From an uncultured Methanoregula sp. (GTDB lineage: Archaea; Halobacteriota; Methanomicrobia; Methanomicrobiales; Methanospirillaceae), in NCBI RefSeq assembly GCF_963678795.2, contig NZ_CAXXIR010000002.1, forward strand, positions 356,861-420,860: a DNA stretch of 64,000 nt. Reading direction: 5' to 3'. The number at the start of each line of letters is the position of its first letter. Positions within the stretch are counted from its first letter, which is position 1. Positions 56,264-64,000 of this stretch are shown in pieces. A model generated the notes under the pieces. The model was not told the origin of the DNA. It did no database searches and saw only the letters and a list, made by a program, of their open reading frames with translations. A program made the position numbers and the translations under genes.

Positions 56264-56457
56264 CTCCTCCTTTTGTAACCAAGCCTTGCATCATCAGGTC
56301 TTATAGGTATCCGTCTCCGTTCACGGGTCCGTTTCCTCTCGATAACTCCGCGTATCGTGCAACATTAATAGTTCTGCGACAGATGATCATAAGAGGAGAG
56401 CAAGCCCTCTCTTTTATCCGGTAAATCAGACGTGAACCGGCACAGGGACATGTGGTC

Positions 56458-57375
56458 ATGATAATGGATGCCACGGAGAATCATTACAGGGATATTGTCG
56501 AGTGCCAGCAGGATTTTTTAGTCAAATTCAGCCAGGAGGGACGTCTTCTTTTCGTCAATTCTGCATACTGCGAAGCCCTTGGAAAATCCCCCGAGGAACT
56601 TGTCGGCAGCGTCTTCATGCCGGTGACCGATGAGCGGTATGCCGATGTCGTGGCCACCCAGATGACAAAGCTCTTCCGCCCTCCATTTGCCTGTGTCGTT
56701 GAACAGTGGATCCAGACCCGGAAGGGCATGCGATGCATCAGCTGGTCGGCCAGGTCAATACTTGACAAAGACAAAAATGTCTGTTCGATCGTTGCTGCCG
56801 GGCGGGATGTTACATCAAATAAGAACGAACAGAAGTCCCTGCGGAAACGGGACGAGGAACTCCTCCTCGTCCTGGAGAGCGGGAGCCAGATGTACTACTC
56901 CCATACCCCCGATCATTGTATGGCGTATGTCAGCCCGCGGATTCGCACCCTGCTTGGGTGCCGGTCGGGCGAGGGAAAGCGGGTATGGACGGATTTTCTT
57001 ACTGATAATCCGGCGAACGCTGCAGGTCTCGAACGTACGCTCCGGGCCATAACCTCGGGCAGGCGCGAGCCCCCCTACCGTCTGGAGATGGTAACCGGCA
57101 GAGGGAAGCAGGTCTGGGTTGAAGCAAATGAGATCCCGGTAGTCAGGAACGGCAAGACGGTGGCGATCGCGGGATACCTTGTGGATGTCACTGAAAAGAT
57201 GCACGTCGAGGAAGGAACTGCCGAGGCCGAGGTCCTCTTCCGGGGGGTACGCGAGAAAGAACCGGAAACCGGAAGCCGCTCTCCGTTCAGTGCAATCCGT
57301 TCGATCTTCTCCCGGGATAAGGCAGTTGAGGAAGAGAAAAGCGACCTGCCCGACAGTCCCGCAAAACAACATTGA
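56458..57375 (+). CDS. tandem PAS-domain protein without a recognisable output domain
   Basis: There are two PAS-like units ('YRDIVECQQDFLVKF...FVNSAYCEALG', 'ESGSQMYYSHTPDH...'). The C-terminal ~50 aa are low complexity. Confidence 0.7.
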   Translation: MIMDATENHYRDIVECQQDFLVKFSQEGRLLFVNSAYCEALGKSPEELVGSVFMPVTDERYADVVATQMTKLFRPPFACVVEQWIQTRKGMRCISWSARSILDKDKNVCSIVAAGRDVTSNKNEQKSLRKRDEELLLVLESGSQMYYSHTPDHCMAYVSPRIRTLLGCRSGEGKRVWTDFLTDNPANAAGLERTLRAITSGRREPPYRLEMVTGRGKQVWVEANEIPVVRNGKTVAIAGYLVDVTEKMHVEEGTAEAEVLFRGVREKEPETGSRSPFSAIRSIFSRDKAVEEEKSDLPDSPAKQH

Positions 57376-57432
57376 CTTTTTTCCGGTTTTAAACCATAAT
57401 ATTCAACACCTTTCTGTCATGAGTTATCTATA

Positions 57433-58419
57433 ATGGTGATCGCTTCAGTATCCCGTCTGCTCTTTCTGGCCGCGCTCATATCCTGTGTCCTCCTTCCGGC
57501 TTCTGCCCAGTCCGGGGAAAATCCTGTCACCTACTCGATCGTCCATCTTTCGGATACCCAGAACCTTGCCACGTACTACCCGGGTACCTATAACCTGACA
57601 TTCTCCACTCTCGAATCCCAAAAAGTGAAGTATAATATTTCAGCAGTCATCATCACCGGTGATCTGGTAAATTCATGGAATAAGAAGAATGAATGGAATA
57701 CCTATGCCCGTGCTCGGAACCTGACTTCAATTCCTGTCTACGTGATCGCCGGCAACCATGATACAGACTATGGAAAAAATTATCAGTATTATACCCTGTA
57801 TACAGGCGAAACGAACACGAGTTACGTGACCTCTGTCGGGGATTTTGATCTCGTGGGAATCAATTATGCGGAGAAATCCCTCTCTTCAAAAGAACTCTCC
57901 CGTATCCGGGCAGCTCTTGTCAACAGCACCCGCGGAAATACCATCATCGCCACCCATTATTACATGGATAAGACCGGAAAGGTATCCCCGCTTGGACGGG
58001 ACATCGATAAGAACCTGATCGTGAAACCCAGTCTCATTCTCATGGGCCATTTGCATGCCGATTTTGTACAACAGCGAAATATCAGCGGGTTTCCGGTTGT
58101 TGAGGATATGACCAACTACCAGAACGGCGTGCCGGGCGGGAACGGGGATAAGAATTATTCTGCAGGCACTCTTTATTCCGTGACATCTGTCAACGGCCAG
58201 GTAACAACAATCACGGCGCAGGTTATCCATATCTACCCCTCGCCGTCCATGGGTAAGGAAAAGATTGTTTTTGAACAGGGCCTGCCGGTCCCCTCCCTCA
58301 ATGAAACCATATCAGTTCTTACCCCTTCAGGGGAATGCAGTGCACAGGATCTGTCCTGCGGACTGCGTGCCCTCATTAAACCGGGCTGGTCATTTTTCCG
58401 GTCTTTGATCCAGGATTAG
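57433..58419 (+). CDS. secreted calcineurin-like metallophosphoesterase
   Basis: Signal peptide, then 'IVHLSDTQ', 'ITGDLV', 'GNHD' and 'MGHLH'. Confidence 0.8.
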   Translation: MVIASVSRLLFLAALISCVLLPASAQSGENPVTYSIVHLSDTQNLATYYPGTYNLTFSTLESQKVKYNISAVIITGDLVNSWNKKNEWNTYARARNLTSIPVYVIAGNHDTDYGKNYQYYTLYTGETNTSYVTSVGDFDLVGINYAEKSLSSKELSRIRAALVNSTRGNTIIATHYYMDKTGKVSPLGRDIDKNLIVKPSLILMGHLHADFVQQRNISGFPVVEDMTNYQNGVPGGNGDKNYSAGTLYSVTSVNGQVTTITAQVIHIYPSPSMGKEKIVFEQGLPVPSLNETISVLTPSGECSAQDLSCGLRALIKPGWSFFRSLIQD

Positions 58420-58565
58420 ACCGGGAAGAATCTCTTACCGGCAGCTGCCGCGTCTTCCCCGTGAAAACAATCTGATTGCCTGTTCCCCGTAAAAGGACCC
58501 GGGATAATGAACCGGGACAAGAGATCCGGCCAGGTATTTCCGGAGCCCGGCAGATAATCTGCCCG

Positions 58566-58763
58566 CTATGTGGGGGGGCACCCGCTATCTTTTTCCCGGT
58601 CCCTGTCCAGGTGCATGGTGGCAAGGATGATGAAAATCCCAATCGCGATGATGGCAAAGCCCTGAGGTTCGTCGTTTACCGGAGGGAACATAACAACGTA
58701 GATACCGTTCGCGATCACAAAAAGACCGATAATCCATCCATCTATCATGAGTGCGCTGGTCAT
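58566..58763 (-). CDS. small two-TM membrane protein
   Basis: 65 aa with two hydrophobic helices. An 'AGGTG' SD-like sequence lies 9 nt upstream. It lies directly downstream of, and on the same strand as, the 479-aa gene. Confidence 0.4.
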   Translation of the reverse strand: MTSALMIDGWIIGLFVIANGIYVVMFPPVNDEPQGFAIIAIGIFIILATMHLDRDREKDSGCPPT

Positions 58764-58850
58764 GGAACTGACACCTGCCAGACAGGATTTGGGACGCGAT
58801 GGGATAAAAGGTGTCTCACAAACCGTTTCAACAAAAGATGAGGAGAAAAA

Positions 58851-60290
58851 TCAGGAGTTCATGAGATTTGCACCTTTTGCTGCCAGCGCTGATATCTGGG
58901 TGGTAATGTTGTCCATAATCTGTTTTTCATTATTGTAGGTGATGGTCATCTGATCAAGTTCAGCTTTTGACTGGATCAGTTTTTGCGACTCGGTCTCAAG
59001 GGTGTTTCTCATACTCAATGCTTCCTGGTATTCGGAGGCGGTCAGGTTCTGGCCTGCATATTTTGTATTATAGGATCTTTCAAGGGAACGGTAAGCCTCC
59101 AGCTCGGCATTGTATTCACTCGCTTTTGCATTGTACTGGCTGACAATCGTTGCAGATCGTTCGATCTCGTTGTTATAGTCACGCCGGAGATCCATGTTTG
59201 TTTTCAGGTCTTTGGGATTCACAAAGAACATGCCGCGATAATAATTGGGATTGTTATTTTTATACACAAGATAACCGCCCGTGGTCTCCAGGGCAACCCA
59301 TTGCAGCGGGGCTGCTTCCACGAGCACCCAGGCATGATTGTATTCTTTCCAGTCTGCATTCGGGTCCTTGATATTTCCTGTAGCCAGCACTGCCCGCATT
59401 CCCCGGGTATCCACAATGTTCCAGACATCCAGCGCCATATCTGCGCAGATAAAATAATCATCCATGCTGTAGGTATGGATTTTATGGTAATCCTCCACTA
59501 TCTGTCGTAAAATGCGGATATTGGTGTCTTCCTGGCTTTCGATAGTAAATACCGCCGCTGATTTCTGGCCGGAGGGAAGCGATGCGACAAGACGGTAATT
59601 TCCTGACGGTAATGTTGTGCCATCGAAAGTAAAATTATATGTGTTATCCGAAAGGATGGCCACCGATTGCGTTTTGAGGGGGGTGGTTGTGCCCTGCGCA
59701 TAGACAGAGACTGTTATCGCAGGATTCTCTTTTGGATGGGGCCTGACGGCTGTACCGGAGATGGAAACTGCCTCGCCTTTTTTATAGATACAGTCAGTTG
59801 CTCCGGTGGTGTTTTGTATTGTCTCGGCCGAAAGGCACGCAACCTTTACATCAGGGATGAGGTTATCGGATAAGTCGGCACTGATACTTTCGGCCCTGCC
59901 AAGCGTGACGGTGATATTCTTCTGCCAGGGAGGGTACCCGTCGTGACGGAATTCCAGCTGATATTCCCCCGGGAGGAGTGTATGAATCACGCATGGGGTT
60001 ACTCCCCGGAATTCTGAATCCAGGTACACCCCTGCTCCAGCGGGATCGGACGAGATGGAAAGGGATGTCTGTGAGAAGAGATATCCAAGGCCGGCAACAA
60101 TGAAAATCACGCATACTGCTGCAATAAGCAGGTACAGTCTTTTACGGCCGGCCTTTTCTGATGGTTCCGGCGCCGGCCCGGCTGGTATCTCCTCATGTGC
60201 TTTGTCCTCGCCTAATGCAGCTCCGCAGTTTTTACAGAACCGCATGGTTTCCTGTACCGATGACCCGCACCGGGGACAAAATTTCAGCAT
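58851..60290 (-). CDS. zinc-ribbon / TM / PEGA / transglutaminase-like cysteine-protease-fold / coiled-coil protein
   Basis: 'CPRCGSSV...CKNCGAAL', a TM helix, and PEGA-like 'SSDPAGAGVYLDSEFRGVTP'. TGase-like core 'FICADMALDVWN ... YNHAWVLVEA ... ALETTGG' (candidate Cys/His/acidic triad). The C-terminal ~110 aa are heptad-rich. Confidence 0.65.
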   Translation of the reverse strand: MLKFCPRCGSSVQETMRFCKNCGAALGEDKAHEEIPAGPAPEPSEKAGRKRLYLLIAAVCVIFIVAGLGYLFSQTSLSISSDPAGAGVYLDSEFRGVTPCVIHTLLPGEYQLEFRHDGYPPWQKNITVTLGRAESISADLSDNLIPDVKVACLSAETIQNTTGATDCIYKKGEAVSISGTAVRPHPKENPAITVSVYAQGTTTPLKTQSVAILSDNTYNFTFDGTTLPSGNYRLVASLPSGQKSAAVFTIESQEDTNIRILRQIVEDYHKIHTYSMDDYFICADMALDVWNIVDTRGMRAVLATGNIKDPNADWKEYNHAWVLVEAAPLQWVALETTGGYLVYKNNNPNYYRGMFFVNPKDLKTNMDLRRDYNNEIERSATIVSQYNAKASEYNAELEAYRSLERSYNTKYAGQNLTASEYQEALSMRNTLETESQKLIQSKAELDQMTITYNNEKQIMDNITTQISALAAKGANLMNS

Positions 60291-60498
60291 TATGTCTGAC
60301 TATCAATTTCAGTACAAAATAAGTTTCTCTATTGTATTAACGGGCATTCAAAGACACCTCCACCCCCGCTTCTTAATCCATGGCAAATTTTTTCCTACCT
60401 TTCCTCCCCTTTTGTTCTTCCTATGGCCCGGACCCGTAGGGAACGTGTCGGTGCGAGGTATTAAAAAACCACAAAAACCTAATTTAGATCAGGGTATT

Positions 60499-61134
60499 AT
60501 GGAAGAAAAGAATGAAGCGGGTGAGGAGATGCACCTCACCAAGGGAAGGCTGGAAGCGCTTTCGGACGGTATTTTTGCGTTCGCGATGACGCTCCTTGTC
60601 ATCGGGATGAACCTGCCCGACAAGGCAACTCTTGTGCAGTCGAATCAATTTGCATTACAGTTTCTTCTCTCCCTCTATTCCGATTTCTTCCATTACGTCC
60701 TTGCATTCCTGATTCTCGGGGCATTCTGGCTCAGCCAGCACCAGCAGTTCCATTCCGTGCGGGTTCCCGATAAGATATTTATCTGGATCAATCTCGTGAC
60801 ACTCATGTTTGTTGCCCTCCTCCCCTTTTCCACCTCCTTTTCCGGGGATTTTCCTCATGCTTCCATGGGTGCTATTGTGTTTGAGGCAAATCTCTTTATT
60901 ATCGGTATGGGCATGACCTGCCAGTGGTGGTATGGGACAAAAGGCAGCCGGCTGACCGAGCCCACGGTTAAACCCGCATATGTCCACAGGGTTCTTATGG
61001 GGAATCTTGTTGTCCCCGCGGTTTCCTTAATAGCCATTCTTATCGCGCTGACAGGATCCTTGTGGAGCACGGCACTTTACATAACGCTTCCCTTTGTAGA
61101 TTACGCAGTTCACCGGCATTTCAGGAACAGATAA
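60499..61134 (+). CDS. TMEM175/DUF1211-family K+ channel
   Basis: Signature 'RLEALSDGIFAFAMTLLV' and 6 TM helices. Start taken at 'MEEKNEAG', because the long upstream extension in the track overlaps the neighbouring gene. Confidence 0.8.
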   Translation: MEEKNEAGEEMHLTKGRLEALSDGIFAFAMTLLVIGMNLPDKATLVQSNQFALQFLLSLYSDFFHYVLAFLILGAFWLSQHQQFHSVRVPDKIFIWINLVTLMFVALLPFSTSFSGDFPHASMGAIVFEANLFIIGMGMTCQWWYGTKGSRLTEPTVKPAYVHRVLMGNLVVPAVSLIAILIALTGSLWSTALYITLPFVDYAVHRHFRNR

Positions 61135-61197
61135 GCGATTGAGGCTTTGTTTCCCAAAATTCCGGCAGAAAAAAGAGGCAATTCCGGATAAAAGGGA

Positions 61198-62316
61198 TTA
61201 TCGTCCCTTACGGATGCATTCAGCAATATACGAGCCGGCTTTTGCCGTTCCTGCGGTCCCGCCGAGGTCCTTGGTAACAACGCCATCTTTGATGCTCCTC
61301 TCGATCGCTTTGACAACCGCACCGGCAGCCTTGTGCTCTCCGAGATGATCGAGAAGGAGCGAGCCGGCCCAGATGGTTGCAATGGGGTTTGCCACGTCCA
61401 TTCCCTTGTACTTCGGTGCAGACCCGTGGATCGGCTCGAACATCGAGGTGCCCTTCGGGTTGATGTTGCCGCCCGGGGCAAGCCCGAGTCCGCCCTGGAT
61501 CATGGCGCCGAGGTCGGTGATGATGTCGCCGAACATGTTGGGCGTGACCACGACATCGAACCACTCGGGGTTCTTGACAAACCACATGGTGACAGCATCC
61601 ACGAAGTTAAACTCGGTTTTGATATCCGGGTATTTCTTTGCGGTCTCGGTGAACACGTCCCGCCAGAGGCCATACACGTCGGAGAGGACATTTGCCTTGT
61701 CCACCGAGGTGAGTTTCTTCTTCCTCTGCATTGCAAGGTCGAACGCATAGGTCTGGACCCGGCGGGAACCTTCGCGGGTGATGACACCTATCTGGTAAGC
61801 GATCTCCTCTGCATCGCTCGTTACATCGAGGCCGAACTTGACACTGTAGATGTCGCGGATCACATCGAGCTCGATCTTCTGGTGCTTCTTGAAGCGCGAG
61901 CCGATACCAACATAGAAGTCCTCGGTGTTCTCGCGGACTACCACGAAGTCGATGTCTTTTGGCCCTTTCCCGGCAAGTGGGGTTTCAACCCCGTGCAGGA
62001 GTTTTATCGGCCGGAGATTGACATACTGGTCGAAATGGAAGCGGAGGGCAAGGAGAATGCCCTTCTCCAGTATACCGGGTTTGACACGTTCATCTCCGAT
62101 AGAACCAAAGTAGATCGCCTTGAATTTTCCCAGTTCTTTCAGGTCGTCCTCGGTAAGCAGGTTTCCCGTTGCAAGGTAGCGGTCGGCCCCGATATCGAAA
62201 TCCGTCCACTGGATGTCAAAGTTATACTTCTCCCCTGCAGCTTCGAGTACCTTCTTTCCCTCGGCTACGATCTCCGGGCCGATCCCGTCCCCGCCAATTG
62301 ACGCTATTTTGTACAT
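61198..62316 (-). CDS. leuB: isopropylmalate / homoisocitrate dehydrogenase family enzyme
   Basis: '[10 protein letters not shown]', 'NLRP', '[11 protein letters not shown]' and '[12 protein letters not shown]'. Whether it is LeuB or AksF cannot be decided by eye. Confidence 0.85.
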   Translation of the reverse strand: MYKIASIGGDGIGPEIVAEGKKVLEAAGEKYNFDIQWTDFDIGADRYLATGNLLTEDDLKELGKFKAIYFGSIGDERVKPGILEKGILLALRFHFDQYVNLRPIKLLHGVETPLAGKGPKDIDFVVVRENTEDFYVGIGSRFKKHQKIELDVIRDIYSVKFGLDVTSDAEEIAYQIGVITREGSRRVQTYAFDLAMQRKKKLTSVDKANVLSDVYGLWRDVFTETAKKYPDIKTEFNFVDAVTMWFVKNPEWFDVVVTPNMFGDIITDLGAMIQGGLGLAPGGNINPKGTSMFEPIHGSAPKYKGMDVANPIATIWAGSLLLDHLGEHKAAGAVVKAIERSIKDGVVTKDLGGTAGTAKAGSYIAECIRKGR

Positions 62317-62861
62317 ACCGGTATCTCCCTGAGATTCTTCGCGTATTCCACGAGCCCGCCGGCATCAATAATTCCCTGCATGAACACCGGTACCGGCTCG
62401 ATTACAAACTTTTTGTTGTCTACCTCGATATAACCGTCCCTGAGATTCAGGATTATCTTTTCCCCGTCGGCGATCTTATCTGCATCCGGACAGACCACGG
62501 GAAGCACGCCCACATTTACCGAATTCCGGAAAAAAATCCGGGCAAACGATCGTGCAACAACGACCCTGACACCTGCACCAATGAGGGCGAGCGGGGCGTG
62601 TTCCCGGGAGGAGCCGCAACCGAAGTTCCGGCCTCCCACGATCACGTCTCCTTCCTTAACCTTTTTTGCAAATTCATCCCTGGTACCTTCAAATGCGTGC
62701 TTTGCAAGTTCATCCGGGTTATTGATGGTGAGGAACCGCCCCGGAATAATGGCGTCGGTATCGATGTTGTCGCCGAACTTCCAGATCCGCCCGTTCGCTG
62801 ATACAGGAGTCTTTTCCAATATTATCTTTTTTACCGGCACTGCTTTCTTTGATGCCATCAT
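62304..62861 (-). CDS. leuD: 3-isopropylmalate/(homo)aconitate dehydratase small subunit
   Basis: '[15 protein letters not shown]' and '[13 protein letters not shown]'. The start ATG overlaps the large-subunit stop (TGATG). Confidence 0.85.
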   Translation of the reverse strand: MMASKKAVPVKKIILEKTPVSANGRIWKFGDNIDTDAIIPGRFLTINNPDELAKHAFEGTRDEFAKKVKEGDVIVGGRNFGCGSSREHAPLALIGAGVRVVVARSFARIFFRNSVNVGVLPVVCPDADKIADGEKIILNLRDGYIEVDNKKFVIEPVPVFMQGIIDAGGLVEYAKNLREIPVCTK

Positions 62862-64000
62862 CAGACCTCCCTCGGGTCGGTGATCTCGCCCGTGATCGCA
62901 CTCGCAGCCGCTGTCGCCGGGGAGCAGAGGTAGACCTTTCCATCGGTGCTTCCCTGCCGCCCCTTGAAGTTCCGGTTCGAGGTCGAGAGCGAGATCTCGC
63001 CGGGGGCTATCAGGCCGAACGCCCCGCCCATGCATGGCCCGCAGCACGGGGCCTCCACGAGAGCACCGGCCTTCACGAACTTCTCGATGAGTCCTGCCTT
63101 GAGGGTTTTCAGGTACTCATCCCGGGATGCCGGGATAATGATGACCCGGATCTTCGGGTTGAACTTCTTTTTCCCGAGCACCTCGGCAGCTTCTGCGAGA
63201 TCCTCGAACCGCCCGTTCGTGCACGAGCCGATGAAGACCTGGTTCACATGCGTGCCGGCAACCCTGCTGACCGGTACACCGGTATCCACGTTGTGGGGAA
63301 CGGCAACGGTCGGCTCGAGGTTCGAGACATTGTAGGAACGTTTCTCCGAGAACTTCGCATCGGGGTCGCTGTCCAGCTCAAAGGGTTTCATTTTCCGGCG
63401 TCCTTTCATGTACTCCCACGTCACCTTGTCAGGTGCAACGATGCCAGCCTTTGCGCCCATCTCGATTGCCATGTTGCAGATGGTCATGCGTCCTGCCATG
63501 TCCATCTTCGATATGGTCTTGCCGGCGAACTGGATCGCCTTGTAGGTTGCCCCGTCAGCCCCGATATCTGCTGCAATCGAGAGAATGAGATCCTTTGCCC
63601 CGACGCGCTTTGGGAACTTTCCCGAAACCTCTGCGAGGATAGTCTCCGGCACTTTGAAGTAGAGGGCACCAAATTTCAGGGCAAATCCCATGTCGGTAGA
63701 CCCGATTCCCGTGGCAAATGCCCCGGCAGCGCCATACATGCAGGTATGGGAATCCGCCCCTACCACGATCTCTCCCGGTGCTGCCCGGCCCTTCTCGATG
63801 GTCACCTGGTGGCAGACCCCTTCGTTGATATCGTAGTTGTGGATATCCTGCTCCTCGGCAAACTTCCGCATGTAAACATGAATGTTTGCCGCCTCGATGG
63901 AATCTGCGGGAATCTGGTGGTCAAAGAGCATGATGATGCGCTTTGGGTCATAGACTTTCTTCCCGCCCATCTCGTAGAACTTCTGGATGGCAAGCGGGCC
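62861..64000 (-). CDS. leuC: 3-isopropylmalate/(homo)aconitate dehydratase large subunit, N-terminus outside the window
   Basis: 'GADSHT', 'IGSCTNGR' and 'CGPCMG' aconitase-family Fe-S motifs. The frame is open to the window edge. Confidence 0.88.
   Translation of the reverse strand, partial: GPLAIQKFYEMGGKKVYDPKRIIMLFDHQIPADSIEAANIHVYMRKFAEEQDIHNYDINEGVCHQVTIEKGRAAPGEIVVGADSHTCMYGAAGAFATGIGSTDMGFALKFGALYFKVPETILAEVSGKFPKRVGAKDLILSIAADIGADGATYKAIQFAGKTISKMDMAGRMTICNMAIEMGAKAGIVAPDKVTWEYMKGRRKMKPFELDSDPDAKFSEKRSYNVSNLEPTVAVPHNVDTGVPVSRVAGTHVNQVFIGSCTNGRFEDLAEAAEVLGKKKFNPKIRVIIIPASRDEYLKTLKAGLIEKFVKAGALVEAPCCGPCMGGAFGLIAPGEISLSTSNRNFKGRQGSTDGKVYLCSPATAAASAITGEITDPREV

Overview
This is a 64-kb chromosomal segment from a methanogenic archaeon, most consistent with Methanomicrobiales. 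Hand counts put core genes at about 55-57% GC. Lineage markers include an archaeal histone, RadA, FEN1, a NOG1-type GTPase, an archaellin, the YcaO/TfuA McrA-thioamidation pair, methanogen-specific small proteins after fdhD, and a presenilin-type intramembrane protease. Coding density is high, and many genes are translationally coupled through ATGA, GTGA or TGATG overlaps.

Most of the window is housekeeping:
- hisD
- a pyrG-guaA(B)-argD-hisC-AK6-CDP-alcohol transferase string
- fen1, radA and an RPA-like gene
- lysA-dapL
- cutA-fdhD
- a two-subunit 2-oxoacid:ferredoxin oxidoreductase
- a rubredoxin-FprA-desulfoferrodoxin O2-detoxification operon
- trkH
- leuB/D/C-type genes

I saw no rRNA, tRNA, CRISPR array, transposase or integrase.

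The regions worth a second look are:
1. A nitrogenase-like NifH/D/K-type three-gene cluster at 52155-55090 that is not a real nitrogenase and has one more subunit than the canonical CfbCD F430 enzyme.
2. A translationally coupled ABC/OLD-type ATPase plus small TOPRIM pair at 46872-48670, a PARIS/Gabija/OLD-like defence candidate.
3. A coupled GT2, TPR-wHTH and DUF2791/BrxD-like P-loop ATPase module at 7788-11591, upstream of surface-protein genes.
4. A secreted 12-Cys protein divergent from ycaO-tfuA.
5. Several unusually long, structured or compositionally odd non-coding spacers at 4643-5280, 19728-20275 and 25893-26433.

All family assignments come from motif recognition by eye. Start codons are best guesses, and the ORF track uses GTG/TTG starts in several places.
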